From NCBI GenBank assembly GCA_041750655.1, contig JBGSYZ010000011.1:65794-129793 (forward strand): a stretch of DNA of 64,000 nt, read 5' to 3'. The number at the start of each line of letters is the position of its first letter. Position 1 is the first letter of the stretch. This document shows, piece by piece, positions 48,172 to 57,264 of this stretch. The position numbers and the translations under genes are program-made. Origin of the DNA: Minisyncoccia bacterium (GTDB lineage: Bacteria > Patescibacteriota > Minisyncoccia > Phycocordibacterales > UBA918). Below the pieces are notes generated by a model. That model saw only the letters and a list, made by a program, of their open reading frames with translations. It was not told the DNA's origin and made no database searches.

Positions 48172-49731
48172 TTGGTGACTGAACTAAAAAACATCATTGG
48201 TCAATTAACCTCTCCTTCTGACGAAGACAAGGCTTTAGTTACCAAAGCTTATGAAGTAGCCAAAAAAGCGCATGAGGGTCAAACTCGCTACTCTGGTGAG
48301 CCTTATTTTAATCACGTGGCCGTTGTTGCCTTTAAATTGGCTGAAATGGGTCTTGGACCTCGGACCGTTTCTGCTGGACTACTTCATGACACCCTAGAAG
48401 ATACCGAATTAACTGCCAAAAAAATCAAAGAAGAGTTTGGTGATGAAATTTTATTTTTAGTAGACGGTGTCACTAAGCTTGGCTCGGTACGCTATTATGG
48501 GTCTGATAGACACAACGAAAGTTTGCGCAAGCTGTTTGTAGCGGTCAGCCAAGACATACGGGTTCTTATAATTAAATTGGTTGACCGCCTGCATAATATG
48601 CAGACGCTGGAACATGTGCCCGAAGCCAAGCAAAAACGTATTGCTCGAGAAACGCTCGAGATATATGTCCCGGTTGCTCACCGCATCGGAATGAACAAAA
48701 TCCGTAAGGAGATTGAAGACTTAGCTTTTCCGTACGTCTACCCAGAAGAATACAAACGAGTCCTTGAGCTTATCGAGGGCCGTGTCGCCAAATTAGAAGA
48801 AACCTTAGAACGCGAACGTAAAAATCTTCAAAAAAGACTCGTCGAGAACGGCCTTAAAGATTTTTCTACTTCGTGCCGAGTTAAGGGAATGTATAGTTTG
48901 TACCAAAAACTGATTCGAAAGGAATGGAATATCGACAGTGTGTACGATCTTTTGGCAATTCGAGTCGTCGTGCCTGACACTGAGCAATGCTATCAAGTAC
49001 TCGGAACTATCCACAAAATTTGGCGTCCGCTTCCGAGCCGTATTAAAGACTATATTTCTTTTCCAAAACCCAACGGGTACCGTTCGATTCATACCACAGT
49101 GACTACTCCCAACGGTAATATTTTAGAGATTCAAATCCGCACCAAAGAAATGCATCACGAAGCTGAGTTTGGTATTGCTGCTCATATTATTTACAAACAG
49201 CAAAAATTAGACCGCTTAAACGCCGGTGGAAGTTCTTGGTTCGGTAATCTCGTCCCCTCCCTATTTCGTCCATCTTCTTGGCAACAAAAACAGGCAGTAT
49301 CTGCTGATGACACCGAAAAAGTCCTTCCACATCAAGAAAAGATCCCTCGATGGATTAATGAAATTGGTGAAATGTATACCGACACCACCGACAGCAATGC
49401 CTTCATGGACGATATGCGTAGAGATTTTTTCATGAATCGTATATTCGTCTTTACTCCCAATGGGGATGTTGTTGATTTACCACTTGGGGCCACACCGGTT
49501 GATTTTGCGTACGCTATTCACTCCGAAATCGGTGATCATACAGTGCGAGCTAAAGTAAATAACAAACTAGTCCAGCTTAACTCTGAACTACACAACGGAG
49601 ATATAGTGATTATCGAAACCGATAAAAAGTCAAAACCGACTCCGAAGTGGCTTGATTTTGCGACGACTTCCCTAGCTCGTCGTCGAATAAAAAATCGCTT
49701 ACAAGAAGAAAAAGAAAACTCTAGAAGTTAA
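48172..49731 (+). CDS. rel: RelA/SpoT (HD + synthetase + TGS, no ACT)
   Basis: HEGQTRYSGEPY, HDTLED, DRLHN, KPNGYRSIHT, EIQIRT, TPVDFAY. Confidence 0.95.
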   Translation: MVTELKNIIGQLTSPSDEDKALVTKAYEVAKKAHEGQTRYSGEPYFNHVAVVAFKLAEMGLGPRTVSAGLLHDTLEDTELTAKKIKEEFGDEILFLVDGVTKLGSVRYYGSDRHNESLRKLFVAVSQDIRVLIIKLVDRLHNMQTLEHVPEAKQKRIARETLEIYVPVAHRIGMNKIRKEIEDLAFPYVYPEEYKRVLELIEGRVAKLEETLERERKNLQKRLVENGLKDFSTSCRVKGMYSLYQKLIRKEWNIDSVYDLLAIRVVVPDTEQCYQVLGTIHKIWRPLPSRIKDYISFPKPNGYRSIHTTVTTPNGNILEIQIRTKEMHHEAEFGIAAHIIYKQQKLDRLNAGGSSWFGNLVPSLFRPSSWQQKQAVSADDTEKVLPHQEKIPRWINEIGEMYTDTTDSNAFMDDMRRDFFMNRIFVFTPNGDVVDLPLGATPVDFAYAIHSEIGDHTVRAKVNNKLVQLNSELHNGDIVIIETDKKSKPTPKWLDFATTSLARRRIKNRLQEEKENSRS

Positions 49732-50827
49732 AATTTCTTAATGAGTACAAATCAGTATCATCACTTTCCTCTGGCTGTTTTGTGTTTTCTGGTTCGTTGT
49801 GAACATCTCCGTTGGTTAAAAATCTAGAAAAATCAGTCCGTGGTTTTTCATCTCCACCAATTGTCACTTCTTCTGAATTGTCACTAAAGTTGTCTTCTTG
49901 GATGGTCTCTTTTTCTTCAGGAGCAAACTCAATTGGTGTATCAGATTCCAATTTTTCTTGCATTTCGATTTCCATATTGGCTACTGCTTCTGCTACCCCA
50001 GCCTCCTGACGTTCAACTATGTCTAAAAGCTTTTCCAAATCGTCATTGGTAAAGTAGTCGATAGTAAGCTTGCCCCCAAAATCTGTTTTCATAATTTGTA
50101 CTCGAGTACCGAGTGTGTCGGTAAACCGCTTTTCAATTTCCAAAAGAATTGGGTCAATACCCCAATCTTTTTTTCGAACTTTGTCGGTCGCAATTTTGCG
50201 AGAAATACGCTCTACTTCACGCACTGATAGTTTCTTAAGAATTGTCTCTCGAAAGACTGTATCTTGCTCTTCTGGACGATCTGAGAGCATAAGAAGAGTC
50301 CGGCCGTGCCCTTCACTCATATCACCACCTTTGATAGCAGTGAGCATGTAGTCTGGTAACTGCAGCAACCGCAACGTGTTGGAAACATACTCTCGAGAAC
50401 GACCCACTTTCTTGGCTACCTGAGCGTGCGAAAGCTGAAACTGCTCGGCTAACTGTTTAAAGGCAATAGCACGGTCGACAGCATCCAGATCCTCACGTTG
50501 AAGGTTTTCGATTATAGCTAGCTCAAGTTTTTCTTGATCAGTCTGTTCACCACTGCGGATGATAACCGGCACTTGCGACAATCCGGCCAATTTGGAAGCT
50601 CGTAAGCGTCGTTCGCCGGCAATAAGTTCGTATTCACTGTAAAAGGTTCCGTCTTCACGTGATACTTCCTTACGAGTTACAGTAAGGGGCTGAAGCACAC
50701 CATACATTCGTACTGATTCAGCCAATTCATGGAGTTTACCCTCGTCAAAATCCCGTCGTGGTTGATACGGGTTCGGGACGATTTTTTCTACCTCCACCCA
50801 ATAAATTGAATCTCCTTGAAATGCCAT
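49721..50827 (-). CDS. parB: ParB/Spo0J partition protein
   Basis: PNPYQPR, IAGERRLRA, ENLQREDL, HTH. Confidence 0.95.
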   Translation of the reverse strand: MAFQGDSIYWVEVEKIVPNPYQPRRDFDEGKLHELAESVRMYGVLQPLTVTRKEVSREDGTFYSEYELIAGERRLRASKLAGLSQVPVIIRSGEQTDQEKLELAIIENLQREDLDAVDRAIAFKQLAEQFQLSHAQVAKKVGRSREYVSNTLRLLQLPDYMLTAIKGGDMSEGHGRTLLMLSDRPEEQDTVFRETILKKLSVREVERISRKIATDKVRKKDWGIDPILLEIEKRFTDTLGTRVQIMKTDFGGKLTIDYFTNDDLEKLLDIVERQEAGVAEAVANMEIEMQEKLESDTPIEFAPEEKETIQEDNFSDNSEEVTIGGDEKPRTDFSRFLTNGDVHNEPENTKQPEESDDTDLYSLRNFNF

Positions 50828-50995
50828 AACAAAAACAGTCGTTTAAAAAACTTACCTCCGAGCGCCCTACGCTCTACTAATTCGGTCATTATATCATAGG
50901 ACAAAATGTGGGTGTTTATAACTCAAAGATAATCTGGTAGACTCTTGTGACTCGCCTCGGACAAGGATGATTTTGTATCCTTTTGTTCCCATAGT

Positions 50996-51077
50996 GCCGC
51001 GGTGGCGGAATTGGTAGACGCGTACGACTCAAAATCGTATCTCGCAAGGGGTGAGGGTTCGATTCCCTCCCGCGGCA
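50996..51077 (+). tRNA. tRNA-Leu(CAA)
   Basis: GCCGCGG/CCGCGGC acceptor, TACGA-CT-CAA-AA-TCGTA, long variable arm. Confidence 0.97.
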
Positions 51078-51128
51078 CTATGGGTGGAAATGATATACCG
51101 TTCGACAGTCTCCCAGACTGTCTCACCA

Positions 51129-51179
51129 ACTCAAAATCGTATGCTTCACGGCATGAGGGTTCGACCCCCTCCCGCGGCA
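51129..51179 (+). pseudogene. 3' half of a second tRNA-Leu(CAA) allele
   Basis: ACTCAAAATCGTAT-GCTTCACGGC-ATGAGGGTTCGACCCCCTCCCGCGGCA; no 5' half. Confidence 0.85.
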
Positions 51180-51257
51180 CAAATGGATTGGAGAAAAGTA
51201 TTAATTGAAAGTGATGTCTTATAAAAAAACCGTGGCGCATGCGCCACGGTTTTTTAG

Positions 51258-51944
51258 TCAAAAGATCCACTTGTCAGTAACCCACGATTCATCGTGGGGA
51301 TTTTCCAGCCATGAACGGATTAAAACTTCATACTCTGTATCAATCATACGTTCCTCGACAGCTGCTTCGAGCATCTGCTTAAAGGTACAGAGAGTGAAAA
51401 CCGCAACCCCAGCTTCATCAGTTTCTTTAATCATCTGAGGAAAACCATATGAGAAGACTGTGAGTGCGGTAGTTACTTTGCAGTTAAGCAGTTCACGCAA
51501 TGGTTTTATTGCTCCAAGCAAGCTCCCCGCAGTGGTGGTCATATCTTCAATCACCAGAGTATTTATATCTCGAAACAAGTCTACATCACCAGCAAACCAA
51601 CTTTGGTCACCATGACCTTTTGGTTCTTTCCTGACTCCCAGATAGGACTTTCCTAAACGTTCTGCCAGTATGGCTGCAAAACCAATTCCGCCAGTTTCAA
51701 CCGCAGCAATGCCTGAAAAAGATTCATTACGCTGTAGAACGAAATTTTGGTATCGATTAATTACCAAGCTTCGAAGAATTTTATTGGACAAAACCTTTCG
51801 GCAGTCACCGTACACTCCTGGAGACTTAATCCCTTTGGAAAACTTAATTCCCTTGCCTTTGGTAAAGCCTGTATAGCCAGACTCAACCAGTTGGTGAGCA
51901 ATCTGTTCTTGTTGTGATGTATTTCCTAATAATGTTAGGCTCAT
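51258..51944 (-). CDS. pyrE: Orotate phosphoribosyltransferase
   Basis: KSPGVYGDCR, VRKEPKGHG, VIEDMTTTAGS; GGGAG SD before ATG 51944. Confidence 0.85.
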   Translation of the reverse strand: MSLTLLGNTSQQEQIAHQLVESGYTGFTKGKGIKFSKGIKSPGVYGDCRKVLSNKILRSLVINRYQNFVLQRNESFSGIAAVETGGIGFAAILAERLGKSYLGVRKEPKGHGDQSWFAGDVDLFRDINTLVIEDMTTTAGSLLGAIKPLRELLNCKVTTALTVFSYGFPQMIKETDEAGVAVFTLCTFKQMLEAAVEERMIDTEYEVLIRSWLENPHDESWVTDKWIF

Positions 51945-52026
51945 GATAATCTCCCGTGTTTGTTTCTGTGTAAAGACTAGCAGAGAGTAATTGTAAAAAC
52001 CATTGACTTTGCTACACTCGAGTGAC

Positions 52027-52923
52027 ATGAATAAACCAAAAATAATCGTCGTAGTCGGTCCGACTGCCTCTGGGAAAACCTCATTGTCTGTAGCACTGGC
52101 ACGGAAGTTTAATGGTGAAATTATTTCCGCCGATTCTCGACAAGTGTACAAAGGATTGGATATCGGTACTGCCAAAGCAACTTCTAAAGAAATGGCGGAT
52201 GTGCCTCATCATCTCATTGATGTAGTCGATATCGACACTACCTACTCAGTCACAAATTTTAAAGTTGATGCCAATGTGGCAGTTAACCGTATTCTTAACC
52301 GAGACAAACTCCCTATTATCGCTGGTGGAACTTTTTTTTATGTTGATGCTCTTCTCGGCAAATCCCCTATTTCTGAAGTACCGCCAAACGAAGCACTCCG
52401 AACGGAGTTAGAAAAAAAAGACAAAAAAGATTTGTACAAAGCTTTAGAAAAACTAGACCCTCGACGCGCAGCTGAAATTGATCCTGACAACAAAAGAAGG
52501 TTGGTGCGTGCGCTGGAGATAATAGCGGCTATTGGCGCTGTACCGAAAAAAGACCCAAGTCCATCTCTTTATGATGTACTCACTGTTGGTATCAAAATAG
52601 ACAAAGAAGAATTGCGAGAGCGATTTAAAAAGCGAGCTGAAGAGTGGCTTGTAGGAGGATTTAGAGACGAAGTAGAAAAACTTTTGGCCGATGGCGTTAC
52701 CCGAGAACGTCTGCAAGAAATCGGATTTGAGTACATGCTGATGCTAGAGTTTATAGATGGTGACATTAGTGAGTCTGAATTTATTCAGAAGTTTATTGAG
52801 AAGAACTGGCAGTACGCCAAGCGACAGCTTATGTGGCTTAAACGGGATCAAAGCATAGTTTGGTTTAATCGAACTGACCGTGACGCGATATTTGAGAAAG
52901 TGCAGTCATTTTTGGCAGATTGA
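52027..52923 (+). CDS. miaA: tRNA dimethylallyltransferase
   Basis: GPTASGKT, SADSRQVYKGLDIGTAK, YAKRQ. Confidence 0.97.
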   Translation: MNKPKIIVVVGPTASGKTSLSVALARKFNGEIISADSRQVYKGLDIGTAKATSKEMADVPHHLIDVVDIDTTYSVTNFKVDANVAVNRILNRDKLPIIAGGTFFYVDALLGKSPISEVPPNEALRTELEKKDKKDLYKALEKLDPRRAAEIDPDNKRRLVRALEIIAAIGAVPKKDPSPSLYDVLTVGIKIDKEELRERFKKRAEEWLVGGFRDEVEKLLADGVTRERLQEIGFEYMLMLEFIDGDISESEFIQKFIEKNWQYAKRQLMWLKRDQSIVWFNRTDRDAIFEKVQSFLAD

Positions 52924-53013
52924 TTTAAAGCGGTTTTTTAAGTAGTATGTTGAGCACATAAATAAACCGTGTTTAGTAAGTACATACGGAGATTTGTGCG
53001 TTAAAGAATTTAA

Positions 53014-53196
53014 TTTAAGTTAGAGTGTGTACTGCACTCAACTTAAACAATGTGACGGCAAGAGGAGACAAGCGAAAGTTGGGGTAAGTTTTTCACTCAA
53101 CTTAAATTGCGTCCCAGACATTGTCTGCAAGAGGATGTGAGTAAGAGTTGGCGTGCGGATTGCACTCAACTTAAATCGCGCCCCGCGCAATTTAAG
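53014..53196 (+). repeat. Three CACTCAACTTAAA direct repeats plus inverted copies in the tRNA-Trp leader
   Basis: 53035, 53094, 53163; both spacers contain GCAAGAGGA and AGTTGG. Confidence 0.75.
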
Positions 53197-53266
53197 GGCC
53201 TATAGTTTAGTGGTAGAATGCTGGTCTCCAAAACCAGCGGCCGTGGTTCGAGTCCACGTGGGCCCG
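53196..53266 (+). tRNA. tRNA-Trp(CCA)
   Basis: GGGCCTA/TGGGCCC acceptor, CTGGT-CT-CCA-AA-ACCAG. Confidence 0.97.
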
Positions 53267-53466
53267 CAGCAGCAAAAGAAAATGACCGAAACAGATGTTT
53301 CGGTCATTTTCTTTTAGCAAGCCAACTGCTTGGCTTGCGGCTGCCGCGGGAGGCGGAGCGCTGTGAGAAATTCATTTCTAGAATTTCGAACCGCGAGCCG
53401 GGGTCGAAGGTACTTAGTAGAATCAGAGCAAAGCGAATGATTATACTTAGTAACCTGTGACCGCCA
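53267..53466 (+). repeat. tRNA-Trp-anchored structured element A
   Basis: Hairpin, AGCAAGCCAACTGCTTGGCTTGCG, antisense GCTGCCGCGGG, GAGCCGGGGTCG. Confidence 0.85.
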
Positions 53467-53591
53467 TTGAAAACATCCAGCATACACTGGGTATTTTTTA
53501 CCCCACATATCAGTTCAGAACTTTAGTATTGACAAAATATTATTTTAGTGTATTATGTGTTTCAGGTAATACAACGGTAGGAGCACCGACA

Positions 53592-53840
53592 ATGGAAGAT
53601 ACCGACCTCACCATACAGCAGATGGATCGCGGACCCTTCGAGGGCAAGTGGTTCTGTCACCGCAACGAAGGCATGGAGTACCTCCATTCCGACGGCTCGT
53701 GGCAGATGATGGCTGGCAAAACGGCCTACTTCGACTCCGAAGAGGACATCGAGGCCCTGCTCGACCGGCTGGACGAGGACGCCGGACAGGCCTACCTCGA
53801 CTTCCAGGAAGAACAGGTAGGTCGCACGGGCTATCCGTGA
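53592..53840 (+). CDS. GC-rich acidic orphan protein (82 aa)
   Basis: TTGACA 53529, TATTAT 53551, AGGAG SD; terminator ~53863-53910. Confidence 0.75.
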   Translation: MEDTDLTIQQMDRGPFEGKWFCHRNEGMEYLHSDGSWQMMAGKTAYFDSEEDIEALLDRLDEDAGQAYLDFQEEQVGRTGYP

Positions 53841-53993
53841 TTCGACCAATCGGCTCCCAACAAGCCGTCCACCACTCTTTGAAAGAGTCGGTTGGGCGGC
53901 TCTTTTGTTTTTATGTCACAAACTCCCGCAACACCTGAATACTCGACTTGATACACTCCTTCTCCCTATACAGTTCTGAAAGCCACATTTCTT

Positions 53994-54183
53994 GCCCGCC
54001 GAGGTACAAAAGAAAAAACTGATGCTTAAGCATCAGTCTTTTCTTTTGTAGCAAGCAAACTGCTTTGCTTGCGTGCCTCGGCGGGAGACGGAGACATGTT
54101 TCTTCTCCTTTCAAGATAAGAAATAGTCGAGTCCGGGGAGGAAGTTCTTATGAGCGTAAGCGAATTAGAAACTTGACCCCGCC
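53994..54183 (+). repeat. Structured element B (no full tRNA)
   Basis: CCCGCCGAGGTAC / GTGCCTCGGCGGG pairing; AGCAAGCAAACTGCTTTGCTTGCG at 54050-54073. Confidence 0.85.
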
Positions 54184-54209
54184 AAAAATATTATAAAACA
54201 CAAAAATCC

Positions 54210-55298
54210 TTACCAAGCTACGTGAAGGTGAGTACCGCTACCAGCATTGTGTATCAAAGCTTCTCTTGCTCCGTTAGACTTGGCCCACTGCTGAGCAGCT
54301 TGCATTTGTGCTTGTGTCCCCACAAAATCTGCCGCTCGGCCAGTTAAATGGTATGAGGTTGAAACCCCGCCAGCATTGGCATTTTGGGTTGCTGTCCGAT
54401 ATCCGCTAGTAACAGTTAAACCAAAATTATTTGCAATATATTGCACATTACTTACAATACCACTATCAAATTGTCTGCCACTATAACTAGTTAGTGAACC
54501 ACTAGGACTAACTGTAGAAGTAAATCCACTATTAAATACACACGAACCAAATGCGTCAAAAGTATAGCCGGGTGGGCAACTACCCCCGGGTGACTGCAGT
54601 ATCGGCCCAGAAGCAACCACACACGAACCAAATGCGTCCATGGTATACCATTGTGGACACTGGCCTCCTGCTGAAGGTAACACTACCGTTTGAATACACG
54701 TGCCAAATGAATCCATAGCATACCCAAGTGGACAATGACCTCCTGGTGAAGGTAAAACTGACTGCTGCTGGTTGGTTGGGTCAAACGGTTGAACAGCAAT
54801 TACCATTTGCCACTCAGATGATCCAGGCAAAACAGCTGTTCCGTCATTTAATTGAACCTGACTTGAACAAGTAATTTGATTCATTTGATTCCACGGCATT
54901 GGGGAGTTGGTACCAAATTGCACTTCACCGTTTGGCAACAAAGACTTAAGCATCACGTCAATGACAAGCCACGCGGTGAGAATAATGATGAGACCAATCA
55001 GCACGTTGGTCATTACCCCTTTCCCTTTTTTAACTTGTGCGGCATTTCCAGCTGAACTAAGCATAAGCCACCCAGCATATATAAAAATAATTACTGAAAT
55101 TCCGACAGCCAAAACAATGATTATATCAGTGACGTTGTTAGCTAGTTGAACAATCTGACAGGTACCACAATCATCACCCGAACAAGGAACCAGAGGATTC
55201 GTCTGGGCACCAGTACTAAACGGTACAAATAAAACAAAAAGAAAAAAGAAAAAAGAAAATGAGATGATTTTATTTGCTGCAGAAAGTGAACAATACAT
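54210..55298 (-). CDS. CPR pilin-like protein with Cys repeats and C-terminal M15-type peptidase
   Basis: LVPC..C..C plus 2 TM; SGYRT...SYHLTGRAADF...HLHV. Confidence 0.8.
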   Translation of the reverse strand: MYCSLSAANKIISFSFFFFLFVLFVPFSTGAQTNPLVPCSGDDCGTCQIVQLANNVTDIIIVLAVGISVIIFIYAGWLMLSSAGNAAQVKKGKGVMTNVLIGLIIILTAWLVIDVMLKSLLPNGEVQFGTNSPMPWNQMNQITCSSQVQLNDGTAVLPGSSEWQMVIAVQPFDPTNQQQSVLPSPGGHCPLGYAMDSFGTCIQTVVLPSAGGQCPQWYTMDAFGSCVVASGPILQSPGGSCPPGYTFDAFGSCVFNSGFTSTVSPSGSLTSYSGRQFDSGIVSNVQYIANNFGLTVTSGYRTATQNANAGGVSTSYHLTGRAADFVGTQAQMQAAQQWAKSNGAREALIHNAGSGTHLHVAW

Positions 55299-55307
55299 AG
55301 GAATTCA

Positions 55308-56366
55308 TTATGGCATCGGAGCTTGGCCCGCCATACCTAGAATGTTGTTTACATAGTTTCTAGTTTCAGCATAGCCGGAGTTGGCTGTACACTGCCACCA
55401 TGTTTGTCCGGGACAGGTCACACTTTGATTGAGTGCCCTTGGGCCACCATTGTAATACGCAAGAGCATTGGCCACATTACCACTACTGGCTTGTAGTCCT
55501 TGTCCAAAGTATGTCACTCCTAGCTGCATGTTTATTTGTGGGTGCGAAGTGAGATATGACTGTATTTGTGAATTGCTCATACCAGATAAATCACAAAGAC
55601 CAGTTTGTGAGCATAGTTGACTTGCAGTGCCTGGCATTATTTGAAAGATTCCAGCTGCTCCCGCGGGACTAATCGCATTAGGATTGTACCCAGACTCTTG
55701 GTACATTTGCGCTTGCAAAATCCTACAGTACGCGCCCAGACCTTGTGAGGAAGCAATGCTACACAACTGTGTCGCATACGGATCATTTGGGTTATAAGCT
55801 ACGCCGGCGGCTGTTGCCAATTGTTGCGGTGTCATTTGTGTCGCATTTAAACCAGTCGCTGTCACTCGGGGCCAGTTACTCGACCCGGGCAGATGTGCAA
55901 TACCGTCACTTAGTGGAACTTGGTTAGAACACGACACCTGATTCCATGGTAACCACTGGCCAGCAGACATCTGGACTTGACCACTATTTTTTAGAAGTGC
56001 TTTCATGCCTGTATCAATAATAAGCCAGGCCACTAACATTAAAATAAGACCGATTAAAACATTCTTAAGCATGTTCTTGGCTCGAGTGTATTCCGATGGG
56101 TTGCCACCAGAGATAAGAAGATTGAATCCTCCCCAGGCTGCGAGCAGGACTACCCCCACAATCATTATCATAATGATAAATCGCAATACCCGGTTGCCGA
56201 GAACCACAATTTGGCACGTACCGCAGTCAGTACCCGAGCAAGGCACCAGGCCGCCTGTATCTCCCACTAGTGTGTTACCAGGAATACTTTGAGCCAAGAC
56301 AAACATTGGCAGTGCCAAAGTTAAAAAACCAAGAAAATATACGAGGCCGCGCTTCATAAAATGCAT
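55308..56366 (-). CDS. CPR pilin-like protein fused to lytic transglycosylase (SLT)
   Basis: LVPCSG..C..C plus 2 TM; QESGYNPNAISPAGAAGIFQIMPGT, AYYNGGP, ETRNYV. Confidence 0.85.
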   Translation of the reverse strand: MHFMKRGLVYFLGFLTLALPMFVLAQSIPGNTLVGDTGGLVPCSGTDCGTCQIVVLGNRVLRFIIMIMIVGVVLLAAWGGFNLLISGGNPSEYTRAKNMLKNVLIGLILMLVAWLIIDTGMKALLKNSGQVQMSAGQWLPWNQVSCSNQVPLSDGIAHLPGSSNWPRVTATGLNATQMTPQQLATAAGVAYNPNDPYATQLCSIASSQGLGAYCRILQAQMYQESGYNPNAISPAGAAGIFQIMPGTASQLCSQTGLCDLSGMSNSQIQSYLTSHPQINMQLGVTYFGQGLQASSGNVANALAYYNGGPRALNQSVTCPGQTWWQCTANSGYAETRNYVNNILGMAGQAPMP

Positions 56367-56500
56367 GTATACTAAAATCGTACCACAGGGCCTAATAAAA
56401 AACTTTTCGATATACCCCTTTTGTGGTAACGTATGCCAACGAATTTGCTCCGTAAATTCGTTGGTTCACAATCTAAGCGTTCGAACCAAATTAAATATCT

Positions 56501-56547
56501 GCGTCGGTGGATGAAACAAAAACTGCTTTTTGTTTCATCTGGCGCCA
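56501..56547 (+). other. Hairpin mimicking the tRNA-Tyr acceptor stem, upstream of the tRNA
   Basis: GCGTCGGTGG duplicates the tRNA 5' end and closes with TGGCGCCA. Confidence 0.5.
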
Positions 56548-56638
56548 GCTTAGCTGGCAGACAGCGATGTGAACGAATGTGAGCAGCTGGCAAGTGGGCC
56601 AGCACCCGCATTTGTTCACACTCTGTGTGACAACACAT

Positions 56639-56724
56639 GCGTCGGTGGTGGAGTGGTCTATCACATCAGACTGTAAATCTGACGGCTTATGCCTTCGCTG
56701 GTTCGAATCCAGCCCGGCGCACCA
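56639..56724 (+). tRNA. tRNA-Tyr(GTA), encoded CCA
   Basis: GCGTCGG/CCGGCGC acceptor, TCAGA-CT-GTA-AA-TCTGA. Confidence 0.97.
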
Positions 56725-56920
56725 AGGTATAAGAAAAATCACTGGAATTCATTCCAGTGATTTTCTTATAGCAAGCAAACTGCTTTGCTTGCGTACCTTG
56801 GTGCGAGGCGGAAGTATGTTTTTCATTCATTCCTAGAATGAAAAACAGCTGAGCCGGGGTCGAGAGTACTTAGCAAAATAAATGCAAAGCATTTATTTTG
56901 CTTAGTAACTCGTGACCACA
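56725..56920 (+). repeat. tRNA-Tyr-anchored structured element A
   Basis: AGCAAGCAAACTGCTTTGCTTGCG 56770-56793, antisense TACCTTGGTGCG, GAGCCGGGGTCG. Confidence 0.85.
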
Positions 56921-56983
56921 TAAACCTTTATAATATACTATAAATAGTGTATTATTTTGTACGAAACAGTTTGGAGAAAATCG

Positions 56984-57121
56984 ATGATGTCTGAACGCGA
57001 ATATCAACGTCGCCTTGCGCCTCTTCTCGAAGAGTTGCAGAGGGTAAAGACCCAGAAGCAGAAGGACGAGATCGAGCAAAAGATGCAAGCCCTCGACCGG
57101 CAAGCGAACGGCAGCAAGTAG
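56984..57121 (+). CDS. Orphan 45-aa coiled-coil peptide (not in ORF track)
   Basis: MMSEREYQRRLAPLLEELQRVKTQKQKDEIEQKMQALDRQANGSK; GGAG SD; hairpin 57130-57180. Confidence 0.65.
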   Translation: MMSEREYQRRLAPLLEELQRVKTQKQKDEIEQKMQALDRQANGSK

Positions 57122-57264
57122 AGCGCAACCGCCGACCCAAGAAAGCCCCTGGCTCTCTCACGGGTCAGGCGGTTTTCTTTTACACTAATCCCACCTTCTC
57201 ACACACGTATCTAGGTAAGAAACAATACTCACTTTCTATAATTGCAGTTCTAACTTCACGCATT

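Noticed and set aside
50996-51179. Intron-containing or split tRNA-Leu
   Set aside because: The first copy is already complete; the second piece lacks a 5' half.
53034-53175. CRISPR array
   Set aside because: Repeats are only 13-15 nt, spacers are unequal and share motifs, and no cas genes are in the window.
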